Shown here: in pieces, positions 28,357 through 37,143 of the stretch
How positions within the stretch are numbered: position 1 is the stretch's first letter
How the letters are laid out: each line of letters starts with the position of its first letter
Position numbers and translations under genes: made by a program
The notes under the pieces: generated by a model
The model's database searches: none
The model's input: only the letters and a program-made list of their open reading frames with translations
What the model was told of the DNA's origin: nothing
Assembly (NCBI GenBank): GCA_022360875.1
Contig: JAKSBZ010000165.1
Span: forward strand, 4,395 to 68,394
From: Cytophagales bacterium
Lineage (GTDB): Bacteria > Bacteroidota > Bacteroidia > Cytophagales > Cyclobacteriaceae
DNA length: 64,000 nt
Direction: 5' to 3'

Positions 28357-31300
28357 ATGAGAAAAACAATACTTCTATTACTTTTTGGCTTCCTGGTGCC
28401 AGGCTGGCTCCTGGCACAGGAAACCCAAGCCCAGAAACCCGTAAAGGGCGACGGAACAAAAGACAATCCGTACCAGCTAGAAAACCTTGCCCACCTCCGC
28501 TGGCTTTCCGAAGGGCTAAAAGGCGGCATGACGGATCAAGAGCGCTGGAAGGAAAAGCATTACAAACTTACAGCAAACATCGACGCCTCCGAAACAGCAC
28601 AATGGAACGGAGGAAAAGGGTTTTCTCCCATAGGCAAATCAGCTGTCAATGCATTCAGCGGTACATTCAATGGAAAAGGACATTTCATTACAGGGCTAAC
28701 TGTAAACCGTCCAAATGACGACTACACTGGATTTTTTGGTTATTTTGCTTGCTTTTATTCTTATTTAAAACTTCAAAGGCTTCAGCTTTTGAAAGTCCAA
28801 ATCACCGGAAGCAACTTTGTAGGCGGATTAGTTGGATGTGTGGAGTCCGGAACCGTTGAACTGTGCTCTATATCCGGTACCGTAGACGGTGACAACTCTG
28901 TAGGAGGTTTAATCGGAACCAATTTTTCAGGCAGCATCAACCATAGTTATTCCCTGGCTAGTGTTGCCGGCAAGACCAAAACAGGCGGTTTGGTCGGGCG
29001 CAACTGCTCCAGTATAAACAATACCTACGCGGCGGGCGAAGTGAGCGGTTTAGGCACAGATGCGAAAGACATCGGCGGACTTGTCGGCAAAAACGAAAAA
29101 TCAGCATACATCACTTCTTCTTACTGGGACAAAGAAACCACCAAGCAAAACACCTCGGCAGGAAGCAAAGCAGAATGCGGACTGCGCACTGCCGATTTTG
29201 CCGATCCGAAGGGCTTTGCCCAATGGGATTTTGAAAAAACATGGGAAGTCCGTGCCTTGAGCACCGACGGGATCAAGCGGCCTTATCTAATAGAAGATCT
29301 GTACCCGCACTCAACCGAAATCCGCATTTCTCCATCAGGAATGCCTGTCTCTGTCAAAGGAAATCGCCTCTACAATATTGGGGAGCAAGCGACCCTCTCC
29401 GTTGAAGTTCCTCCAGGCTGCCGTTTCGTAAAATGGACAGCAAACGGTCAAGAAATTGAAGGAGCAAAAAGCAGCTTTACTTATAAAGTAACTAAGGACA
29501 GCCCCGAGGAATATACCGCCTATTTTGCTGAAGACTGGCAATTCGCAGGAGGAGACGGTTCGGAAGCCAACCCTTACCAGATCACAACCCTTAAGCAACT
29601 CAGCTTTCTATGCTATGCGCCCAGTCTTCTGGACAAGCACTTTGCACTGCAGAACGACATTGACGCTTCCGAAACCGCACAGTGGAACGACGGAAAAGGC
29701 TTTATGCCAATCAGAGATTTCAAAGGCACTTTTGACGGGAAAGGATATGCGATTTCTAACTTAACCATCAACCGACCCAAAAGGTGGAATGTCGGTCTTT
29801 TCAGCGCTAGCTCTTTCTCTGCAACAATTGAAAGGCTGCAGCTGTTGAATGCACAAATCACTGGGAATGATAATACAGGCGGAATCGTCGGGAGGAATAA
29901 AGGAACGGTAATTCGATGTACAGCCACAGGAACTATCATTGGTAATAAAAACGCTGGCGGCATATCTGGATTAAACGAATTAGGTATTTTCAACTGCAGC
30001 TCCCTGGCAACAGTGAAAGGTAATGCCAGCATAGGCGGTCTAACTGGCTCAAATGCCGGATGGGTAAGTTACTGCTATGCCTCCGGTGAAGTAAGCGGAG
30101 AAACTAGCTTAGGCGGTCTGGTAGGAACCCCCAACGGCTACGACACAAACAAGCGCGGTCACGTTTCCTTTTCTTATTGGGATAAAGAAACCACCAGACA
30201 GACTAGCTCAGCCGGGTCCGATGAAAACTTTGGACTAACCACCGCAGACTTCGCCAATCCAGACCGTTTCAAAGAATGGGACTTCAACAGCATTTGGGAA
30301 ATCAAAACCCAGGAAAACCTGGACAAAAATGCTCGGCCCTATCACAGGGAAAACCACAGTGATTTCAAAGCCAAAATTGAATTTATCGCATCTCCAAGAG
30401 GTGCCGCATTTTATCCCTCTTACCTGGAAAACAAAAGACGTTATGGCGGTGAACAGATAACTCTGACTGCAGAAGCTAAACTGGGCTGGAAATTTGAAAA
30501 ATGGACGGCGGACGGAAAAGAAATCGCCGATGCAGGCAATCCGTACACCTTCAAGCTGAAAAAAACATCCCCTCTAGAATACACGGCGCATTTTGTCAAG
30601 GACTATCAATTCGCCGGAGGCGAAGGCACTAAAGAAAATCCTTACCAAATCGCTACACTGGAACAGCTGCGGCTCCTGAACCACATTCCCCACCTGCTCG
30701 ACAAACACTTCATCCTGGTCCGGAACATCGATGCCTCGGAAACAGCCCAGTGGAACGAGGGCAAAGGTTTCAAACCAATTGGAAACCACAAGACACCTTT
30801 TTCCGGTACTTTCAAAGGAGACAGTCACTCTATCACTATGCTCACCATCAATCGTCCTGAAGAAGATAATGTCGCCCTCTTCGGATCAACAAAAGAAAAC
30901 GCTAAGGTGGAAAAGCTTCAGCTTGTCAACGCCCAAATTTCCGGAAACAACAACGTCGGCGGAATAGCAGGGACATTAATATCAGGAAGCATACACCTTT
31001 GTTCTGTCAGCGGAAAAATAAGCGGAAACAGAGATATAGGCGGCCTAGTCGGATACATTACTGGCGGCGGCCTGGTAAACCGCTCCTATTCTTTAGCAGA
31101 GGCAAGCGGGAAATACAGAATAGGCGGATTAGTCGGCGCGATTAATCGAGGTAAAGTTGAATATTGTTATGCTGCCGGAAAAGTAAGCCACACAAAGGGA
31201 GCAAGCCCGACAATCGGCGGGTTAACAGGTGATACCCACTATGTGAGAAGCATTCTCAACTCCTACTGGGACAAAGAAACCAGCCAGCAAAAAACCTCGG

Positions 31301-34300
31301 CGGGCAGCGACGACGCCTGCGGGCTGACCACTGCAGAATTTGCCAAGCAAATCAGCTTTAAGCACTGGAATTTTGAACAGTTTTGGGAAATTCAACCAGG
31401 AGCAGACAATAAAACAAGACCCCGCCTTCAATCGGAGCTGTATGCCTGCTATATTCAAATACATGAATCTCCTTACAAAAACATCGGAACTATCGAAGGA
31501 AGCCGAGGATATCATGTTGGAGAGCAGGCAACGATCACGGCAAAAGCCTTTCCGGGCTTCCGCTTCGAAAAATGGACCGCCAGCGGCAAAGAAGTCACAG
31601 GGTCGGGAAGCACGTATACATTCCGCATTACAGAAAACAACCCTACGGAATACACTGCCCATTTTAAAGAAGTTTTCCAGTTTGCCGGAGGAAAAGGAAC
31701 AGCAGAGGAGCCCTACCAAATTGCCAGCCTGCAGCAGCTCAGCTACCTGAGTTATGTGCCTGCCCTGTGGGAGCGCGACAAGCACTTTGTGTTGACAAAT
31801 GACATTGACGCTTCGGAAACCGCCCAGTGGAATGAAGGAAAAGGCTTTCTGCCTATCGGAAGAGGTTATGAAACTCCATTTTTGGGCACCTTCGACGGGG
31901 ACGGACATTCAATCACCAACCTAACCATCAACCGCCCGAAAGAAGACAAAATAGGTCTCTTCGGCTTTATTGGCTTGCCTTTCAGATATCAAAAAACTAA
32001 GATAAAAAGGCTTCAACTCACAAACGCCCGAATTAATGGGAAAAATTATGTCGGCGGCATTGCCGGAATGTCATACGGGCACATAACCCATTGCTCTGTA
32101 ACCGGGGAGATCCGGGGCAATGACAATACAGGTGGAATAACAGGAGCCAGTGTGGGAAAAATTGGAATAAGCCACTCCTATTCCTTGGCAAAAGTGAGCG
32201 GCAATTCCATGGTCGGGGGGCTGTCAGGAGAAATCAAATTAGGAAAAATTGAATATTCCTATGCCGCAGGAGCGGTCAGCGGCCTTAACGAGAACGGCAC
32301 ATACGTTGGCGGAATAACCGGTCGCGATAGTTTTGGCAAATCCATCGAATATTCCTATTGGGATAAAGAAACTACCGGACAAAATGCCTCAGGAGGAAGC
32401 GACGCGGCTTTTGGCCTTACGACCGCAGCCTTTGCCCAAGCGGAAAGTTTCAAAAACTGGGATTTCATACAAAACTGGGAAATCCAGAAAAGCTCAGACG
32501 GAAATCCTCGGCCACATCTTCAGGTTGAACTATACGATTTCACTCCTGAAATCATCGCGTCGCCCCAAAAAGGCATGCATTCCTGCAGTGGCTTTAAAGG
32601 ATACCGAGCCGGAGAGAAAGCCGCGCTTTCGGTAAATGCTGCCCTTGGCTGGCGTTTTGAAAAATGGACAGTTAACGGAAAAGAAATCGATGGTGCTGGC
32701 AACCCGTACACTTTCACGGTTAAAGAGGGCATACCTAAAAAATACACGGCGCACTTTGTTGAAAATCCTTTATTTGCCGGAGGAGACGGCACCCTGGGCA
32801 ATCCTTATCAAATTGCCACCCTGGAGCAGCTCGCCCAGCTAAGCTACTTTACAAGCTTGCTGGACAAACACTTTGTGCTGGTCAACGACATTGACGCCAC
32901 CGAAACCGCCAAATGGCACGACGACAAGGGGTTCCAGCCAATCGGAAGCAAAAACAGCTATTTTACAGGCAGCCTGAACGGCGACGGCTATGCAATCCGA
33001 AATTTAACCATCAATCGTCCTTATGAAGTCAATGTGGGACTTTTCGGCCGCGCCAAAGATTATAGCATCGAAAAACTCCAGCTCTTGAATGTTCGCATTA
33101 TTGGAAATGCAAATGTCGGCGGACTTGTCGGATTTAACGAAGAAGGACTAATTGTCCAATGCTCGACAACCGGAGAAGTACAAGGTGAAGAAAAAGTGGG
33201 AGGGCTTGTAGGTATTTATTATTACCTAAACAATTCCCATAGAAACAAAGTCATTGATTGCTATTCGTTGGCAAAGGTAATGGGCAAAATTCTAGTAGGC
33301 GGGCTAATTGGAGAAAATTACTCAAGAAGCAACATTTTGATAAATGCTTATGCAGCAGGCGAAGTAAACTGCCAGCATAAATCTAAAACCGTATTAATCG
33401 GAGGCGCATACAACAGAGCAATTATTCTTTCCTCTTACTGGGACAAAGAAACCACCAAACAAACAGTTGAGAATGAAGACGGCAATGCTGTAGGACTTTC
33501 CACAGCAGATTTTGCCAATCAGAGTAATTTTGAAGATTGGAATTTCAAAAAAGCATGGGAAATCAGAGAAGATCCCGACGGAGATGGCCACTCAAGGCCA
33601 TATCTGCAAACAACCACACGAAGAAGAATTGAAGCCATTCCAAACAACGAAAAATGCGGCAAGATAACGGGAGCAGGAATATTCACAAAAGGCCAGAAAG
33701 TTACCCTGGAAGCTCTGCCTAGTGAAGGAGCGCTGTTTTCGGGCTGGAAAGAGGCCGGCAAGCTTATCGGAAGCGAGCCTAAGCTGAGTTTCACAGTCAG
33801 CCGCCACAGACAGCTGGAAGCGGTGTTCGAGTGGAAATCCTTTGCGCTGAAAGCCACTGTTGGCAGCGGTGGCACGGTTTCCTCGGCACAGGAAACGGTT
33901 TCATACGGACACAGCCATACCTTCACCTTTATCCCGGACAAGGGCTACCACGTGTCGGAGGTGCTTGTAAACGGCAAGCCGGCAAAATGGACAAACAATC
34001 AGTACACTTTCGAAAGCGTAAAAGCCGATGCCGAGCTGCAAGTAACTTTCGCGCCAAACAACTGCGAACTTACCGCTTCCGCCCAAAACGGCACAATTGC
34101 GCCGGCCAAAGCAACCGTCAAACACGGAGCAAGCCAGACGTTTAGGCTCACGCCAAACGAAGGACATGTACTGAAATCGCTCAAAGTCAACGAAAAAGCC
34201 GTTGAAGTGACCGGCAATACCTTCACCCTGAAAAACATACAGGACAACCAGACGGTCGCGGCTGTCTTCGAGCCGGTTCAGCTGCAGCTGAACCTGAAAG

Positions 34301-34755
34301 CCAGCGAAGGGGGCAGTCTAAAAGCTGACAAAACGGTTTACGCATTTAAGGATAAAGCGACGGTTACCTTCCGCGCCAAGTCCGGATACGCCATTCAGGA
34401 AGTGCTGTACAACGGGAAAAACGTAACCGCACAGCTGAAGCGCAGCGGAGATGCGTGGACTTTCGAAACGCCGGAGCTCACCGCCGACGGCGCGCTTTCG
34501 GCGCGTTTTGCCAAGCTCCTGGGAGCCGAAAACAACCGGCATGTTCAAATCGCTCCGAATCCGGTGCAAAAGCTGCTCCGCGTCAGCAGCCTTCCGGAGA
34601 GTGCGCGTCTGCACGTAACGAATCTGAGCGGATGCGTGCTGCAAACTGTGCAGGCTAAAGATGAAACACTGGAGCTGGATTTCTCCCAGTATCCGTCAGG
34701 CATCTATTTTCTGAAAATTGAAGGAGGAAAAACCTTTAAAGTGATCAAACGATAA
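28357..34755 (+). CDS. Giant T9SS-secreted surface protein with GLUG-type (GGLVG) repeat modules, InlB-B-repeat-like domains and a C-terminal sorting domain
   Basis: 2132 aa with a signal peptide (LLLLFGFLVPGWLLAQ). It contains five tandem modules, three further Ig-like repeats and a T9SS CTD at the C-terminus. Confidence 0.85.
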   Translation: MRKTILLLLFGFLVPGWLLAQETQAQKPVKGDGTKDNPYQLENLAHLRWLSEGLKGGMTDQERWKEKHYKLTANIDASETAQWNGGKGFSPIGKSAVNAFSGTFNGKGHFITGLTVNRPNDDYTGFFGYFACFYSYLKLQRLQLLKVQITGSNFVGGLVGCVESGTVELCSISGTVDGDNSVGGLIGTNFSGSINHSYSLASVAGKTKTGGLVGRNCSSINNTYAAGEVSGLGTDAKDIGGLVGKNEKSAYITSSYWDKETTKQNTSAGSKAECGLRTADFADPKGFAQWDFEKTWEVRALSTDGIKRPYLIEDLYPHSTEIRISPSGMPVSVKGNRLYNIGEQATLSVEVPPGCRFVKWTANGQEIEGAKSSFTYKVTKDSPEEYTAYFAEDWQFAGGDGSEANPYQITTLKQLSFLCYAPSLLDKHFALQNDIDASETAQWNDGKGFMPIRDFKGTFDGKGYAISNLTINRPKRWNVGLFSASSFSATIERLQLLNAQITGNDNTGGIVGRNKGTVIRCTATGTIIGNKNAGGISGLNELGIFNCSSLATVKGNASIGGLTGSNAGWVSYCYASGEVSGETSLGGLVGTPNGYDTNKRGHVSFSYWDKETTRQTSSAGSDENFGLTTADFANPDRFKEWDFNSIWEIKTQENLDKNARPYHRENHSDFKAKIEFIASPRGAAFYPSYLENKRRYGGEQITLTAEAKLGWKFEKWTADGKEIADAGNPYTFKLKKTSPLEYTAHFVKDYQFAGGEGTKENPYQIATLEQLRLLNHIPHLLDKHFILVRNIDASETAQWNEGKGFKPIGNHKTPFSGTFKGDSHSITMLTINRPEEDNVALFGSTKENAKVEKLQLVNAQISGNNNVGGIAGTLISGSIHLCSVSGKISGNRDIGGLVGYITGGGLVNRSYSLAEASGKYRIGGLVGAINRGKVEYCYAAGKVSHTKGASPTIGGLTGDTHYVRSILNSYWDKETSQQKTSAGSDDACGLTTAEFAKQISFKHWNFEQFWEIQPGADNKTRPRLQSELYACYIQIHESPYKNIGTIEGSRGYHVGEQATITAKAFPGFRFEKWTASGKEVTGSGSTYTFRITENNPTEYTAHFKEVFQFAGGKGTAEEPYQIASLQQLSYLSYVPALWERDKHFVLTNDIDASETAQWNEGKGFLPIGRGYETPFLGTFDGDGHSITNLTINRPKEDKIGLFGFIGLPFRYQKTKIKRLQLTNARINGKNYVGGIAGMSYGHITHCSVTGEIRGNDNTGGITGASVGKIGISHSYSLAKVSGNSMVGGLSGEIKLGKIEYSYAAGAVSGLNENGTYVGGITGRDSFGKSIEYSYWDKETTGQNASGGSDAAFGLTTAAFAQAESFKNWDFIQNWEIQKSSDGNPRPHLQVELYDFTPEIIASPQKGMHSCSGFKGYRAGEKAALSVNAALGWRFEKWTVNGKEIDGAGNPYTFTVKEGIPKKYTAHFVENPLFAGGDGTLGNPYQIATLEQLAQLSYFTSLLDKHFVLVNDIDATETAKWHDDKGFQPIGSKNSYFTGSLNGDGYAIRNLTINRPYEVNVGLFGRAKDYSIEKLQLLNVRIIGNANVGGLVGFNEEGLIVQCSTTGEVQGEEKVGGLVGIYYYLNNSHRNKVIDCYSLAKVMGKILVGGLIGENYSRSNILINAYAAGEVNCQHKSKTVLIGGAYNRAIILSSYWDKETTKQTVENEDGNAVGLSTADFANQSNFEDWNFKKAWEIREDPDGDGHSRPYLQTTTRRRIEAIPNNEKCGKITGAGIFTKGQKVTLEALPSEGALFSGWKEAGKLIGSEPKLSFTVSRHRQLEAVFEWKSFALKATVGSGGTVSSAQETVSYGHSHTFTFIPDKGYHVSEVLVNGKPAKWTNNQYTFESVKADAELQVTFAPNNCELTASAQNGTIAPAKATVKHGASQTFRLTPNEGHVLKSLKVNEKAVEVTGNTFTLKNIQDNQTVAAVFEPVQLQLNLKASEGGSLKADKTVYAFKDKATVTFRAKSGYAIQEVLYNGKNVTAQLKRSGDAWTFETPELTADGALSARFAKLLGAENNRHVQIAPNPVQKLLRVSSLPESARLHVTNLSGCVLQTVQAKDETLELDFSQYPSGIYFLKIEGGKTFKVIKR
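28444..33830 (+). repeat. Five tandem ~1.07-1.10 kb coding modules within the giant gene
   Basis: Module starts (G[DEK]G[ST]xxNPYQ) are at about 28444, 29545, 30610, 31681 and 32773. Each module contains, in order:
- NPYQIxTLxQL...DKHFxLxNDIDASETAQWNxGKGFxPIG...GTFxGxGHxIxNLTINRP
- several xxxVGG(L/I)(V/A)G turns
- SYWDKETTxQxxSAGS...GLTTADFA...WDFxxxWEI...RP
- a ~80-aa (F/W)xKWTAxGKEI...YTFxxx...EYTAxF domain. Confidence 0.9.
34531..34752 (+). other. T9SS C-terminal sorting domain (CTD) of the giant protein
   Basis: NNRHVQIAPNPVQKLLRVSSLPESARLHVTNLSGCVLQTVQAKDETLELDFSQYPSGIYFLKIEGGKTFKVIKR. This is the typical Por secretion tail pattern (xxPNP...l.i.n..G..v......l dls.l..GiYfl.i......kvik). 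Confidence 0.85.
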
Positions 34756-34779
34756 ACTTCGCTTCACCTCTCGAGCTAA

Positions 34780-34813
34780 ACACCTGCCCGCCCAGCGCCG
34801 GCAGGTGTTTTTT
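34780..34813. terminator. Intrinsic terminator between convergent genes
   Basis: ACACCTGCC-cgcccagcgcc-GGCAGGTGT followed by T6 on the plus strand. It sits between the giant gene stop (34755) and the msrC-like stop (34847). Confidence 0.8.
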
Positions 34814-34846
34814 ATATTTCTAAGCCGATCCCTGGACAAAAAACAA

Positions 34847-35329
34847 TCAAAAGGTCTCTTCCAGAATCCGCATCAGCTGCTCCAAATACTTTTTGTCAGT
34901 TTCATCAAAATCATTCAGCTTGTCGCTGTCCACGTCAAGAATCAGCTTTACTTCGCCGCCGGCAAATGCCGGCACAACGATTTCGGATTTGGAGTCAGAA
35001 CTGCAGGCAATGTGTCCTGGAAATTCGTCCACGTTCGGCACCAGCAGCGTGCGGGCTTCCGACCATGCCGCGCCGCACACGCCGCGTCCTTTCGGAATTC
35101 TCGTGCAGGCAACCGGCCCCTGAAAGGGTCCGAGAACCAGCTGCCCGTCTTTTACAAGATAAAATCCCACCCAGAAAAAACCGAAAGCCATGCGAAGCGC
35201 CGAGGCGGTGTTTGCCAAATTGGCCGTCAGATCATCCTCACAGCTTATCAGGGACTTTACCTGAGGCAAGAGCTGCTCGTATTTTTCCGCTTTAGTGCTT
35301 TGCGGATCTATTAAAAGTTGTTCTGCCAT
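34847..35329 (-). CDS. msrC: GAF-domain free methionine-(R)-sulfoxide reductase-like protein
   Basis: 160 aa, single GAF domain with the fRMsr-type block FPGHIACSSDSKSEIVVP and upstream RGVCGAA. Confidence 0.7.
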   Translation of the reverse strand: MAEQLLIDPQSTKAEKYEQLLPQVKSLISCEDDLTANLANTASALRMAFGFFWVGFYLVKDGQLVLGPFQGPVACTRIPKGRGVCGAAWSEARTLLVPNVDEFPGHIACSSDSKSEIVVPAFAGGEVKLILDVDSDKLNDFDETDKKYLEQLMRILEETF

Positions 35330-35334
35330 TCTGT

Positions 35335-36363
35335 TTAAAGTTGATTCTTGTAGATTTTCAATTGGTCATTCCCTATCAAATGTTCCTCAGCATGCGCAAT
35401 ATTCAGCTGAGGCGCGTCTATGCCCTTTCCGAATACGTTCGAAGCTGTAAATACGCGCGCTTCGTCCCAAAGGTTTTGCTCAATAAAGCTTTTCAGCAAA
35501 AAAGCGCCTCCTTCCACAAACACCGAGCTGATTTTCCTCTCATACAGCTTCTGGAGGATGCTTTCCAAAAAATTTTCTTTTTCAATTTTCACAAAAGAAG
35601 TGCTTCCATCCTGCCGGTTTTCTTTGTAGTTAAACACAACGGTTGGAATACTGCCGTCAAAAAGATTCAACCCGGAACTGAGCTCAAGATTACCGTCCAA
35701 AATAATCCGGACCGGATCGGGTCCCGACCAGCTCCTAACGTTCAGCGAAGGGTTGTCGTACTTGGCGGTGTTTTTCCCGACCATAATCGCTTCCTCTTCC
35801 GCACGCCATTTGTGCACAAGCTTGCGCGACAATGAGCCGCTGATCCACTTGGAGTCGAAATTTTCCCGGGCCACAAAACCGTCGGCCGTCTGTGCCCACT
35901 TAAGCACTATGTACGGACGCTTTTTCTCCATATAAGTAAAAAATCGCCGGTTCAGCTCCCTTCCTTCATTTTCCAAAACGCCTGTATCGACCAGAACGCC
36001 TGCCTCGCGAAGCCGTCGGATTCCCCGTCCGCCGACCAGCGGATTCGAGTCTATATTGCAAACCACAACACGCCTGGGACGGTGCTTCACCAACAGGTCC
36101 GCACATGGCGGTGTTTTGCCATGGTGAGAACAAGGCTCCAGCGTGACATACACCGTCGAACCCGCAATTTCGCCCTTGTCTTCCACCGAATTCACTGCGT
36201 TCACTTCCGCATGTCCCTCGCCGGCCTTTCTGTGCCAGCCTTCACCGATAATTTTTTCATTTTTTACGATCACACAACCAACCAGCGGATTTGGATAAGT
36301 TGTGCCCAGCCCCAGCCGGGCAAGCTCCAAAGCCCGGCTCATGTAGAATTCATCGCTTCTCAT
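35335..36363 (-). CDS. ribD: Bifunctional riboflavin biosynthesis protein RibD (pyrimidine deaminase / uracil reductase)
   Basis: 342 aa. Deaminase zinc motifs HAEVNA and PCSHHGKTPPCA, plus a C-terminal RibD_C reductase-like half. Confidence 0.9.
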   Translation of the reverse strand: MRSDEFYMSRALELARLGLGTTYPNPLVGCVIVKNEKIIGEGWHRKAGEGHAEVNAVNSVEDKGEIAGSTVYVTLEPCSHHGKTPPCADLLVKHRPRRVVVCNIDSNPLVGGRGIRRLREAGVLVDTGVLENEGRELNRRFFTYMEKKRPYIVLKWAQTADGFVARENFDSKWISGSLSRKLVHKWRAEEEAIMVGKNTAKYDNPSLNVRSWSGPDPVRIILDGNLELSSGLNLFDGSIPTVVFNYKENRQDGSTSFVKIEKENFLESILQKLYERKISSVFVEGGAFLLKSFIEQNLWDEARVFTASNVFGKGIDAPQLNIAHAEEHLIGNDQLKIYKNQL

Positions 36364-36433
36364 AAGCGCAAGATACTCAGAACGGGCGGGAGAGACGAAT
36401 CTTTTGAAGGGAATTCACAAAGCAGCGCCAGCT

Positions 36434-36640
36434 TTAAGATATGCGCCTGAAACAATACATACTGCCCAGCAAACACGCGCCACCCCAAAGCGCAACTCCT
36501 GCTATCTGCCCTTCGAAAAATTCCGAAAAACCGAGTGTGTAAGCATGCGCGTACAAAGCCGAAACCAGCAAATAGACAGCTAAAACCAGCAGCCCCCAGG
36601 CCAGCAGCTGCCAATGAAGTTGGTGCCGAAAGCCTTTCAT
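36434..36640 (-). CDS. Small two-TM membrane protein (hypothetical)
   Basis: 68 aa with two hydrophobic helices (LLAWGLLVLAVYLLVSALY; IAGVALWGGACLLGSMY). There is a 4-nt overlap with the upstream gene's stop. A competing ORF at 36360..36614 in another frame looks less protein-like. Confidence 0.4.
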   Translation of the reverse strand: MKGFRHQLHWQLLAWGLLVLAVYLLVSALYAHAYTLGFSEFFEGQIAGVALWGGACLLGSMYCFRRIS

Positions 36641-36936
36641 CGCTCCAGTATTACAGTCTGAGGCGTATACAAACCGAGACTAAGTACACTGAGAACTCCG
36701 TCTGAAAAAGTCGCCTTTTGAGTGATAATATAGTTTCTTCTTCCTTCAGCCATTTCCTTGGTATTCGCCTCATTAAGCTTCACCAGCCCAAAAACCAAAT
36801 AATGGTTCTTTGCTTCCGTATTGACGTGCAGCTTGGCCCCCGAGCCAATCTGGTGCTGACTGACGTAACAGGAAGTCATTACCAGGGGCATAAACATAAC
36901 CAAAAAAAGTAATGAAAATAGTTTCAAGTATTTCAT
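36637..36936 (-). CDS. Bor/Iss-family outer-membrane lipoprotein
   Basis: About 99 aa from MKYLKLFSLL..., with lipobox LVMTSC. It resembles phage-lambda Bor: NHYLVFGLV vs HHFFVSGIG, and TQKATFSDGVLSVLSLGLYTPQTV vs TQQTFVNGLLGFITLGIYTPLEA. Confidence 0.65.
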   Translation of the reverse strand: MKYLKLFSLLFLVMFMPLVMTSCYVSQHQIGSGAKLHVNTEAKNHYLVFGLVKLNEANTKEMAEGRRNYIITQKATFSDGVLSVLSLGLYTPQTVILER

Positions 36937-37011
36937 AAACGCTTTTTCATATAAAAGCATTTATGAAAGTTGATTGTTTAATTCAAACGCTTATTTCCTG
37001 AGCCCCAAAAC

Positions 37012-37046
37012 ACCAAACCGGGACATGTGTTCTGTCCCGGCTTGGT
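37012..37046 (-). terminator. Intrinsic terminator after the LTA-synthase-family gene
   Basis: Long stem ACCAAGCCGGGACA-gaacacat-TGTCCCGGTTTGGT (read on the minus strand) followed by GTTTTG. Confidence 0.6.
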
Positions 37047-37143
37047 AATTTTTTTATTAACTGTGAAAAAATCAAGCATTGATTTCAGCTAAACCGCCAG
37101 CTCGATACTCGCTAAAAAACAACAAACAACACAATGTTTCATA

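Noticed and set aside
36360-36614. 84-aa ORF overlapping the ribD start by 4 nt. It could be an alternative to, or a frameshifted part of, the small membrane gene.
   Set aside because: Its translation (Ala/Gly/Phe/Arg-rich, no clear TM or fold pattern) looks less protein-like than the two-TM product of 36434-36640. There is no homopolymer or slippery site to suggest a frameshift. The choice is not certain without expression data.
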